From Nemertoderma westbladi (taxonomy: Eukaryota; Animalia; Xenacoelomorpha), in contig JAUCBJ010004675.1 in the NCBI GenBank assembly GCA_032718475.1, forward strand, positions 1 through 64,000: a stretch of DNA of 64,000 nucleotides. Reading direction: 5' to 3'. The notes under the pieces were generated by a model. It did no database searches, was not told where the DNA came from, and saw only the letters and a list, made by a program, of their open reading frames with translations. A program made the position numbers and the translations under genes. Below, in pieces: positions 1-11,280 of the stretch (its first letter is position 1; every line of letters starts with the position of its first letter).

Positions 1-83
1 ACAAATTGTCTAATGTGACAGAGGGGGCGGGGGGGGGGCAAAAATCGGAAAAATTTGCGTGACATACTTTATGAACGCCCCCT
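1..83. mobile_element. Probable right end of a Harbinger/PIF-like MITE
   Basis: Ends GCGTGACATACTTTATGAACGCCCCCT after a G-rich tract, resembling common invertebrate Harbinger-type termini. The other end is outside the window. Confidence 0.3.
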
Positions 84-103
84 TACATAATGCCAAACAT
101 TAA

Positions 104-190
104 CCCTATTAGTACCGGGCTATAAAATGTTGTACAAATACCGGGGGGGGGGGTCATATTGACCCCCCCCCCCCCCCCCCCCCTGTAAGA
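104..190. mobile_element. Possible TTAA-specific (piggyBac-like) MITE left end
   Basis: TTAA (100-103) followed by CCCTATT..., then a poly-G/GTCATATTGAC/poly-C hairpin. No matching right end was found. Confidence 0.25.
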
Positions 191-618
191 GCGGTTGCTA
201 TGCTCTTGTGTATAAAACAATAAGATGATCTATGTGATTGTAATATGTTCAACTATAGATGGATTTCACCCAGTTTACACGGTTACGTCCCATAAAGAAG
301 AATAATTTGTTTATTTGATTGGCAATTAGGAGCATATTTATTATAGAGAATATATAAGATAATAATATACGATTATAAGCGGTAAGGGGGTAATAAGATA
401 ACGGAAACATAAGAACATTAATACATAATAAGAGATCTAATAATATAAACATAAAATATCGTAAGAGTCAAGAATACAATGTAATAAAGAGTGTTAATAG
501 GGGGAGTTTCCGTTTGAGAAACTGCGGAATGAGACCGACTATATTGAATGAGTAATGTTGAGCTTGGTAAGCTGTAGAAATACAGTGAAGTAATAATAGG
601 GGTGACAGTGTGGTGGGC

Positions 619-895
619 AGTAGTATAGAAAAGGACTAAATGAGAACACCAACTACCCCAGGTTAAAATTGACTCCTTATAATGCACGTGGAGCTACTTC
701 AATATATATTAAGCAAATAATAGGTTCTCACACGCTGATCAAAGGTCATTGTAGATAAAAAAAAAACTGTGAATGTATGAGTAGGCTTTGGTTTGGAAAC
801 TAAGGTATTGAAACCTCCGAGGTATTGAAAGTTAATTAAAGTAATTTTTATAATGACTTGCATTCTATATAGTTTAATCTTGGGATCAAAGGTTA
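619..895 (+). repeat. Polinton left TIR
   Basis: Reverse complement of 11281-11661 (near-identical over ~648-876, diverged near the tip), plus an 11-bp match of 885-895 to 5014-5024. Confidence 0.85.
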
Positions 896-970
896 ATGTT
901 AGAAGTAAGATGTAATCTATAAATAATTGATTTATAAATAAATGGTTTAAAGAAATAAAATATATATAAA

Positions 971-3900
971 ATGGCAAGTTTATCAAATACACAAAATCAG
1001 TCAGGTAAACATTCAGTTGAATTGCACATGAGCAAGCAATTCAAAAACGTAACTTTTGAATATGAAATCATGGCATTTGAAAAACAATCTGTTGATACAT
1101 TCTTTGAATCAATAAGAGACAAAGTTTCGATTGAAATGAGACGAATGTTAACAAAATCATCAATCAAAATGCAAATTGTTATGGGAATAACATTTATACA
1201 TCCTATAAATGGAGACATTGAATTGTATTACAATAGACACGATCCAGAATTAATACTTTCAGAAAACAACATTGATCAGGCAATAGAGTCTAAAAAAACT
1301 AAAACAACTACATGGGTTCAAGAAATGGAAGGTGGAGGGTCAGGGTTGATATTTAAAGAAATCACTGAAGCAAAATTAAAATTATCTGTTTTTAAAAATA
1401 TGGGTGGGTCTAGTTTTATAAAACTACCTTTTAGATCAACCTATATTGTCAATGTGAAAAATGATGATGAAAAATGTTTCCTATGGAGCATATTAGCACA
1501 CATCCAACCCCAATCAAATAATAGATGTCGAGTTACTAAGTATAAACCATTTGAAAATATCCTAAATATGAAAGGTATAGATTACCCAGTCTCTTTAAAG
1601 TCAATTAACAAATTTGAAAAACAAAACAATTATGCTATTAATGTATTTTGTATTGAAGATAAGAAAGCTCTTCTTCCCCTTCGTATTAGTAATTTCAGAG
1701 ATAGAGAGCAGATAGACTTGTTGTTTCTCACCATCTGTAAGAAACAACATTATACTTTGATTACAAAATTTTCATCATTTTTAAACGGCTTCAATCTAAA
1801 AAACACATCGCTTACTAATTCCTTGTTTTACTGTCGGAATTGTCTGAGAGGTTTCTTTGAAACAGAAGGTCTACAAAAGCATGAAGAATTATGTTATGGG
1901 AATAAATCAGCAAAAATCATCATGCCTATTAAAAACAAAAATAATATTCTAAAATTTCAAAAGTATTGGTATAAGTCAAAGCTACCTTTTGTTATTGTTG
2001 CAGACTTTGAAAGCATAAATGTACCAATGAACCAGAATGATGTATTATGCAAACAAATTCCTTATTCATTTGGACTTTACATAAAGTCAGAATACCAAGA
2101 GATTCTAAAGGATATATACATCACATATAGTGGACCAGATGTTGTTGAGAAATTCTTAGACAAGATTCTCTATTATAATAATTTTATAGGTTCAATATTT
2201 ACACAGTATACAGAATATCCTAAACCCTATAATTTAACAGTAGAAGAAAAGTCCAACTATCAAAATGAACTCAGATGTCATTTTTGTAAACAATCGTTTG
2301 ATGTTAAGATTTGCCAGGGGGAAAAATGTAATTGCGATAAAGTTGTTGACCACTGCCACTATTCTGGAAAGTATCGAGGTGCAGCACATAGATGTTGTAA
2401 TTTACATGAAGGTTGGGTTACAAAGTTCATTCCTGTCTATTTTCACAATTTATCAGGTTACGACTCTCATCTGTTTGTAAAAGAATTGGCACTTAAACAA
2501 ACAGAGAAGCAGCATTTAAAAATTCTCCCTAAAACAAATGAAGAATATATTTCTTTCCAATTTGATAATTTACGATTTTTAGATACCTACAGATTCTTCC
2601 GGAAATCATTAGCAGATGTTGTGGAATCGATGCAGGAATCAGATTTAAACATTACAAGAAGACATTTTTCAGATGATAAACAATTCTCTTTGATGAAAAA
2701 GAAAGGTATATATCCATATGAATATTTTACATCATTGGAACAATTTAAAGAGACAAAACTACCTCCTAAAGAAAAATTTTATTCAAAGTTACGAAATAAT
2801 GATATTTCAAAAAAGGAATATTTACATGCTGAATATGTTTGGAATACTTTCAATTGCAAAACCTTGCAAGAATACCATGACCTATACCTCAAAGCAGATG
2901 TGTTGCTATTAGCTGATTGCTTTGAAAAGTTTAGAAATTTCTTTCTTGAACATCATGAAATTGACCCTTGTCACTGTTACTCAACTCCAGGTTTGACTTG
3001 GCAATGTGGTTTAAAATATACTGGAATACAATTGGAATTGCTTACTGATTATGATATGTTACTAATGTTTGAAAAAGGGATCAGAGGTGGTTTTTCTGGA
3101 GTTTTAGGTGAGAGAATTATAAAAGCAAACAATAAGTATTTGTCACACTTTGATAAAAATAACCCTTCAAATTTTCTACTCTATTTGGATGCAAATAATC
3201 TATATGGGTGGGCGATGAGTCAACAGCTTCCAATAAGGGATTTCAAGTGGGAAGATCCAAATACTTTTAACTATGACAAACCATACATTATGGAATGTGA
3301 CCTTGACTATTCAGATACAAATCTCAAATTCAAAACTAGAAACCTCCCCTTAGCTCCAGAAAAAAGACTGATTGAAAACTGTGAACTGAGTGATTATCAG
3401 ACAAACCTCCTTGAGGTTAATGATGAAAAATTAGGAAATATACCAAAGCTAATTCTTGATGTTAATAATAAATACAAATATGTTATTCATCACAGACTAT
3501 TAGAATTTTATAAATCCATGGGACTGAGAGTTTCAAAAATTCATAGAGTAATCTCATTCATTGAAGAAGCTTGGTTGAAACCATATATTGATTTTAACAC
3601 ACACCAAAGGACATTGGCTAAGGCTAATTTTGAAATAGATTTTGATGAATAATAGCTTTTATGGGAAAACTGTAGAAAATATCCGTGATAGGGTAAATGT
3701 AGAAATTGTAAATTTAGAGAAAAGAGGGTTGAAAATTCAAAGTCATCCATTATATAAAGGTATAACTATATTAAATATGGATCTTGCCATTTATCAAAAA
3801 CATATCAAGGAAGTTTGTTTTGATAAGCCCCTATATCTTGGAATGTGTATTTTGGATTTGTCAAAGCTATTAATGTATGAATACTATTACAATGTTATTA

Positions 3901-4508
3901 ATAAAAGATGGCCAATGAATCAAGTACTATATCAAGATACTGATGCTCTCTTTCTAAATATATATACTGATGATGTTTATAAAGATATGGAAGATATCAA
4001 ATATACATTGGATACTTCAGGATATCCACTAGATCATTCACTTTATAGTACTGAATATAAAAAGGTGGTCGGTAAATTCAAAGATGAGCTAAGTGGTAAA
4101 ATAATAGCAGATGCATGCTTTATAAGGTCAAAACAGTATTCATTCAGAACAGAAGAAATGACAGTGGAAGTAGTTAGAAAGCTTCAGAATATTGTGAAAG
4201 ATTTTGTTTGTGATAATTATAATTCCATTCACTCAAGCAAACCTAAAATCAATACAACTAAACGATTGAAGGGGATTACTAAATCAGTCGTTGAGAAACA
4301 AATAATCTATGAGGATTATGAAAATATATTGAAAGGTAAAAATAATAATATTTTTCGAGAGGTAACATTGTTGGGAAGTAAAAATCATGAAATATATCTA
4401 CAATCTTTAAAAAAGAAGGCATTCAGTGCTTTTGATGATAAAAGATTTATTGATTTTAATGGTATCACTACATATCCACATGGACTCGAAAAATCATATT
4501 TCATATAA
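971..4508 (+). pseudogene. polB: Protein-primed family B DNA polymerase (pPolB) with endonuclease VII-like Zn domain, frameshifted
   Basis: ExoI ADFES, DHCHYSGKYRGAAH (endo VII-like), ExoII HNLSGYD, motif A YLDANNLYG, motif C YQDTD. A small deletion at ~3640 removes the expected FKL before MNNSFYGK and splits the gene into ORFs 971-3652 and 3642-4508. Confidence 0.93.
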
Positions 4509-4513
4509 TTAAA

Positions 4514-4939
4514 ATGAATATAGCTGACTTCTTAAACAGATTTGGGAAAAACTCAACAACCTACTTTCAGTTAATCAAGTATGCAAAAGAACTAAAAATA
4601 CCAAATTTCTATATATGTATGCGAGATGAAATTAATGATTTACCAACAAGCCAAACACCCTTAAATGTAATCACAAATATTCATACCTTAGATGAAAGGG
4701 GTATTCATTGGAGTGCTTTTCATTTAAATCATAACAATGTGTGTTACTATTTTGATTCCTATGGTCTACCTCCATTAATAGAAATTATTGATATATTCCC
4801 AAGCAAAACAGAAAAGATTCGAAATACTTTTAGTGTTCAAAATTTTAATGAATCACATTGTGGTCAGTTGTCATTATATGTTTTGTATAAACTAAACCTT
4901 GAGGGTGATTTCATAGATTTAATTCTAAATTTAACGTGA
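4514..4939 (+). CDS. Adenain-like cysteine protease (Polinton PRO)
   Basis: GIHW, YFDSYG and QNFNESHCG give an intact H-D-Q-C catalytic set. Starts 5 nt after the polB stop. Confidence 0.9.
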   Translation: MNIADFLNRFGKNSTTYFQLIKYAKELKIPNFYICMRDEINDLPTSQTPLNVITNIHTLDERGIHWSAFHLNHNNVCYYFDSYGLPPLIEIIDIFPSKTEKIRNTFSVQNFNESHCGQLSLYVLYKLNLEGDFIDLILNLT

Positions 4940-5348
4940 GATATATCAATCATTTCTCATCATACCTATTTTTTTTTTAAATATTTACCAGTCGTGAGAG
5001 ATGTTATCTAAAGTAACCTTTGATTTATTATATTTACCAGACTGACAAAAAATGTCAAACTACAGTAAAATTTCAACTACTTTTTTACACCGATTTATCA
5101 CAAATTATTATAATTTTCATCAAATTTTTCGCTTAAAAATGGATGGATTCCATTTTCCTGAAAGTTGTTCACATGTTCTGACTCTACTGTATATATGAGC
5201 ACAATATGGTTGTAAGTTCATACATATATAATGTAGTAGAGTTGCACCAATCCAAATGTTCTGTCCAATATATTTATTGTCTTGCTGTAACTAAGATTAG
5301 GTAAAAAAATTGATTTAGTTAAGAAATCAAAACTAATAGAAAACTTGT

Positions 5349-7901
5349 ATGGCTACTACTATATGTGAAAACATCAATAAACCAACTAGTATGGATACTA
5401 CCCAGTTCGTGACATTTGAACAGATGGGATTGAGAGCACCGAAGTCAGCATGCATGCATCTACTGTTAGAGAATGCCTATGAGTCTAATCTTTTGACTGA
5501 TATATCAAAAGTAGATTACCTAGCAGGCAATGGAGGTAATATGTTGCTTCAAGATGTGCCTGAATTGGAAATGTTTGTTGACGATCTTTATGTGTATGGG
5601 TATCTTCGAGAAGATCAAGTTGTGAGAACCAAAAGTTCTGTCATGTTGACAACTGGAAGGTTTGGGTCTGCCTCTTATATTGTGGAGAAGTTGAGGAGGG
5701 AGGCAACACAAACAATCGGAAAGAACTGTGATGACTTTATACACACAAAAATATTAGCCTCTGTACCGCTACATTCTCATGGAGTGATAATGCAAACAGT
5801 GCATAAAATTGAAGGAGAGATGAAGGATAAATATATAAAAAACTGGAAAAATCTGGAACAAAAAGAACCTATTGCTGTCTTTGTTGGAAAGTTGTATGTA
5901 TCTGTAATCAACCTAGATGATCTGCAGGAGCACTTGGCTGAATTTGGTAGAGTACTGCAGTCATATGGATGGGGAGTATACTCTGTTGACTACACAAAGG
6001 ACTTTGCTGGAACCCTCGATAGGAAGGCAATAGTCAAACATCTAGTGGAAACAAGAGGTTGGAGGTTGGAAGGGACATTTCAAGCAGCATTGGAGGCTGA
6101 TTAGCCCACAATTTTGGAAAACACTTCATCTGTGGGAAATCATGTGTTGACATACATCACATCTTGGGGCGGAAATACAATGAGAGTGAAGCTGTACAAC
6201 AAAATTGTTTGCCAGTTTGAAGCAGGAGAAGTATTGGAGAATTTTGGAGGGCATTTGGCAGACTACGCTGATTGCAGGAACCCTGTTCTTCGGAAATCCT
6301 TAGAACATCCATTGATCCAGCAATATGGATGTACAAGAGTTGAGATATCCTTGTACTCTATGAATTATATATCTAGAGATCTTGGTGTGGCAGTAATGAG
6401 AAGTGCATTAGAAAACATACAGCCATATCACGGATTATTTGTGCAGCAAAGTGGGAGGAATCACTGGCTAGCTCTAGCAAAAGAGGTGACAAGGTGTTGT
6501 GTCATTGCCTCTAAGACCACAGGAACAATCTATGTAGCTTGGTATGCTCACACAAGAACTGGGAAAGTTTCTGGAGTGAAAGTGCAGTGTAAGTTTGATA
6601 TACAAGAAAATAGACAAAGATGGGAGAAGGCTATATTGTGGAGTTGTTCAGAATTTGGATTTCGAGGTTGTCCTATATTTTGCTTCCAAATTAGAAATCA
6701 AAATGAAATTGAAAATGGCACGGAAATAGCTCCTCTGAAATGCTATTTCAAAGACCCCACTGCAAAAACAATAATTTGCTCATCGAAACTACCAACACAG
6801 TGTAGGTCAGTTCAAGCAAGAATTCCGTTGGAAGAAATGTTGCCACCAACAGATTTCATAGAGTGGACATGGAGGCAAGAGCCTTGCAAATCATTGGGAA
6901 CAGCAAAAATGCAATGGAAACTACTAGAGGTGCCTGAATACTTGCAAACACATCAGGTATCTTGGTTGTCAACGTGGAAAAGAGCGCAGAGGAACATTGA
7001 TATTCTAGATTATTTAGAATGTGAAAAATGGAGACAAGATGCACTGCAAAGAAGTGCAAGAAATCGAGAAGAAGTAGCTTTGATACACAAAAGGTTGCTG
7101 GAGTTCAAGAAAAGAAAACGACATGAAAATGAACAAAAGGAATATGTTTTGCATCTATTGAAGCATACTCCCATACAAAAAATTTGTGAGTTGGATGGTA
7201 AGAAACCATTAAAAGTAACAGTGCTTGGATTTCGACAAGCAACTGGACCATACCAAAGATACGAAATTTTGCTTTCGATTAGTTGTGAAATTTCCAAGAT
7301 ATATTCTAACCGAGGCTTGGAGTGTGTTTTAGATGAATTGAGAGATGCTTTTCACAGAGCACAAGAACCAAAAACAAAAGACATTTATTTTTTGGTTGAT
7401 GGAGTGCTGGAAATTGAAATTCAAGCTCCCAAAGAGTTCAATAATGAGCAGCAGCAGATAATTATTTGGTATCCAATTAAATTATTGAGAAGCCCAATTG
7501 AAGGCGAACAACAAAATATACAAGATAGATTGAAGAAAGTCGAAAATGAATATGAGAAGGCCAAGTCCCTGTGTTTGGTTGAATATCCTGCAAAAGAAAA
7601 GAGGAGTGTGAGAAAAGTGCTTCAATTGGAAGAAGGTGAATATCAATGTATAGCATATTGGAACCAAAACTATAGGGGAAAATTGCGTCACATATTATAC
7701 TTGCAGAATAAAGCTGGTGAATCTGCGAGACCAGTATATGGCTATTTCTTGCAGAGAGAGGTTTTGCAGATGCAGTGTGATTTGTCCACAGTATTATCTC
7801 CATTGCTAGTGAAAGTTGGAAGAACAAAGACAACACCACAGAAGAACAAGGATAGAATCATAACTTTAGCCCACACTCTGCTTAGCACAACAACCATGTA
7901 G
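5349..7901 (+). pseudogene. ~850-codon protein with Rep_trans/CRI-like initiator motifs, one in-frame TAG
   Basis: ORFs 5349-6104 and 6114-7901 are in the same frame, split only by TAG 6102-6104. Ordered motifs SVDYTKD, GNHVLTY, RVKLYNK, TRVEISL. The family assignment is inferred from motif order only. Confidence 0.55.
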
Positions 7902-8679
7902 GAGTAGCACAACATTGATAATAATTGTATACTAAACTTATGTACATGACTGAAACTGAGGAGTCCATTTTGCCTATTCAACAAAAGTTGTGCATACTGC
8001 ATACATATGCAACAGACACTGTCTGATGAACAAAGCAATATAGTCCGATTAAAGAAATGCATGCAGTCTGATGCAAGAGATATTGTCTCATACAATAAAT
8101 TCGGACACTTTTAGAGGATTTCATGCAGCATCCATTTGTCCTGGATTTTAACCAATTTTGACTAACAAAAATTGTATTTTGCAAAATTAGGCTAAATCTT
8201 TTGCCATAACACAACATCTTAGCAGGTTAAATATTTGGGCAACTATGCATTTACATAGATGCATACTTACCCGCACTGCAGTCAAGTATACTTACCCACA
8301 CTTTTTCCTGTAAGTTGTCAAAATGAAGTCTAAATGCATACTTACCTGCAATTTAGCAGCCCCGGAGCTCATGAACTCATCAACTATCGGTAACTAAATA
8401 ATGACAGTAATTTCGTGGTATACCTGATAATGTGATTGTCCAGTGCAAGCATGATATGGTGTCAATGGTGATAACAACATGAAGGAACTCGGGCCTAAGG
8501 TTCCCCCTTTGTATTTATACATACTTGATAGTCATTTCCCTCTGGCCCTTTTTGAATAAATTTGGATTTGTAAATAATTTGTTCCAAAAGTCAAATGTGG
8601 AAAATGCACCAATGTATGGGAGTATTACTGTATCTCACAACACTTCTCAATGTTTCCCTAAAGTTTCCCAAGGTGTCTC

Positions 8680-9113
8680 AATGTTGCACAAATGACCTTT
8701 TCGGCGTTGTTTTTGGTGTCATATTCTGTGATATCCGATCCTGAAGCCCAAATGTCCTTTTCCGAGTCGTTTTGGGCTTCAGGGCCTCGGAAGCCGAGAT
8801 CCTGAAGCCCAAATGTCCTTTTCCGAGTCGTTTTGGGCTTCACACTCTGTGATATCTGAGATCCTGAACCCCCTGAAGCCCAAATGTCCTTTTCCGAGTC
8901 GTTATGGGCTTCACACTCTGTGATATCTGAGATCCTGAAGTCCAAATGTCCATTTCCAGGTCGTTTTGGGCTTCAGGGTCTCGGAAGCTGAGATCCTGAA
9001 GCCCAAATGTCCTTTTCCGAGTCGTTTTGGGCTTCACACTCTGTGATATCTGAGATCCTGAACCCCCTGAAGCCCAAATGTCCATTTCTATTCGTTTTGG
9101 GCTTCACACTCTG
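8680..9113. repeat. Minisatellite of 61/62/71-bp hairpin-containing units
   Basis: TGAAGCCCAAA-N18-TTTGGGCTTCA units start at 8742, 8803, 8874, 8936, 8997 and 9068, plus a degenerate unit upstream. Confidence 0.9.
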
Positions 9114-9738
9114 TAGGTAATTTGTTGGTTTGCGCACAAACTAATCCAATTTTCGTTGTTTGTTGTTGTTTGAGTTGTTGTTTTATTTTAGAACGAAGAC
9201 AATTCGTTCTGAATGCGATGAATTGCAGTTTATTTTTAGCTAGGCCTACTAAAATACTAACATCATCGCCATTCGGCGGCATCAGCCAAAACTGGCCAAC
9301 ATTTTGGAGGTGATTCACTTCAGGTTTACAATCCCTAACTGCATCGAGGTCTCAAGAATGGGGTGTGGGGTGGGCCCATGGCGATTGCCATGGGTGGGTC
9401 CAATGGCATAATGTCTCGAAGGGCAAGGAGAACCAAAGTATACAAGGTAACAGCAATTTACAAACCAAACTAAGGTAATGCATGTTGCAAACCTACTCTA
9501 AATGCAGCATCTCCATGCCTTTCTGCAAAGACACCAAACTTGCATCAGGTGGACCACTTTTGATGGAAGACAAATCACTATAACAATAATGCAATTAAGA
9601 AGTGTGTTCTTTGCAGAAATGTGTGAAGCCAGGTCACATAACATCATATTTGATAAGAGATTTTATCTAATTTTGATAAAAGAAATTCACAATAATGTTG
9701 GCATAGTAGGTACTCATACTGTACCAAGACCTGAGACA

Positions 9739-10719
9739 TCAGTGTGTTTCTTCCATAAATCCAAACAGTTCTTTGAGGACCCGCACCACTTTGGGCATCA
9801 CAACAGAAGGGTGAATCCTTTTTGGATGGTGATTACGATTCACAGGAAAAAACTCAGTGATGCCTGATACATGGGATATTTCTCCCATGAAGCCACACAG
9901 CTTTGCAGCCTTATAGATGCCGCTAAATTCCCACTCTCCGATAAACTCTCCACGTGCTTTTCCTGTTTCATAGTCCTCTAACGTTATACGGTGTCCCTTA
10001 CTGTATATCGGAGCTTGCACCAGGTAACCATTTTCGTCCGAAAAGGCACAAACTATTTCCGAAGGAAATCCACATTCAGCAACATGCGTTTTATTTTCCA
10101 CTTGATCTATCATCGCCACTCCTTGGTTCGTTCCTCCAACTGTAATTGTCGCAGGTGGCAATCCCCGGGCGCAAGCTGTACCTGTTTTCAGCAGCAGTTG
10201 CGCTTGTGGTGCCACTTCCAAGATGGAGAGTGTGGCCGCGTATGAACACAATGGTCCTGTTGATTTTGGACATAACATAATTTTTGGAACTGCGCTCATG
10301 GGCAAAAATCCAACCATGGCAATACGGGTGGCATTAGTGGGGTGCAGAAGGTCCTGAATATTTGTTTCATGCTCTAAAAGCTTATTTAAGTAACGAAACT
10401 CCTTTGTATAGTGCCCTGTGATAATAATAACATTCGCCTTTTTTACCAGTTCTAATTTTGTTATAAATCGAAGCCCTTTGAACACTTTTATAGGACTCCT
10501 GTAACTACCTCCGCGAAGTGTTGTTTCCGGTTTTTCAGTGAACTTCCAACCCAATTCTAATCCAATGGTGCGAACACTTTGCACGATGCTTAGTCGTGTT
10601 GATGTTGTTGCATTCTGGACCTCGAATCTGTCCAGAATTTATGTATTTGTTATTTCTTTTGATTCGTCGGGTCTTATGAATCTCTTCAAAAAGACATTAA
10701 CTGTTGATGATGACTCCAT
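9739..10719 (-). pseudogene. Nucleoside phosphorylase/MTA-nucleosidase fold (PNP_UDP_1-like) protein
   Basis: VIIITGHYTKE, STGPLCSYAAT...LLLKTGTACA, GEWEFSGIYKAA (EME-like) and VSGITE (GISD-like) occur in canonical order. In-frame ATG at 10719, with one TAA at 10641-10639 upstream of the listed 281-aa ORF. Confidence 0.65.
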
Positions 10720-10790
10720 TTACATATATGTGCAGTCGCAATTGCCAGAGGAATCTCAGTACGCAGATGACCTGGACTTTATTAGTACAG

Positions 10791-10933
10791 ATGATGCCAT
10801 GCATTATATATATGATGCCATGCATTATATATATGATGCCATGCATTATATATTTGATGCCATGCATTATATATATGATGCCATGCATTATATATATGAT
10901 GCCATGCATTATATATATGATGCCATGCATTAT
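10791..10933. repeat. 21-bp tandem repeat (ATGATGCCATGCATTATATAT), ~7 copies
   Basis: Directly visible; it accounts for the DAMHYIY-repeat ORFs. Confidence 0.95.
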
Positions 10934-11280
10934 AATTTATCAAGTTGCCTACAGTACAATGCCATTAGCTAGTAAAATGCTGGTATGTTAAAATGTTACA
11001 TGATATAAATACAATGAACTAGTTGAACTTGGTTTCTGATTTCTAGAAAACGTTTTTAATGTGATGGAAACAATAATAGCTTCAGTTGGTAATCCAAAGC
11101 AGCAGACCCTAATCTTAAGTGTCATAATAACCCTAACATTAGTTGTTTTTTGAGAATTTTGCGAAATTTGCTTAGTGCATCGGCCAAAGCCAAACCGAAG
11201 GCCAAATCCCGAGAACTTGACTAATTGTCAAAGAGTAGTTGAATTTTTACTGTAGTTTGAAATTTTTTGTCAGTCTGGTA

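Larger units (their letters stand above)
5037..11278. mobile_element. Nested TIR-bounded element lacking a recognisable transposase
   Basis: CCAGACTGACAAAAAATGTCAAACTACAGTAAAATTTCAACTAC at 5037 is inverted at 11235-11278 with 2 mismatches. TA on both flanks. Removing the unit rejoins the Polinton right TIR. Confidence 0.75.

Noticed and set aside
249-992. Short hydrophobic minus-strand ORFs, and the many antisense ORFs over TE genes elsewhere
   Set aside because: AT-rich or shadow frames without motifs; one crosses the Polinton boundary.
3630-3652. Programmed frameshift in polB
   Set aside because: The conserved motif-B lysine codon region is missing, which indicates a deletion rather than recoding.
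876-5036. polB-protease cassette inserted into one long left TIR
   Set aside because: Possible, since 5033-5089 continues the inverted match. However, the TA flanks and the 5014-5024/885-895 match favour a nested element in the right TIR.
8260-8350. U1 snRNA gene (ATACTTACC x3)
   Set aside because: Only 9-11 nt match the U1 5' end and no U1 body follows. These are short dispersed repeats.
8680-9113. CRISPR-like array of palindromic repeats
   Set aside because: The 'spacers' are two recurring sequences rather than unique ones, there are no cas genes, and the context is eukaryotic.
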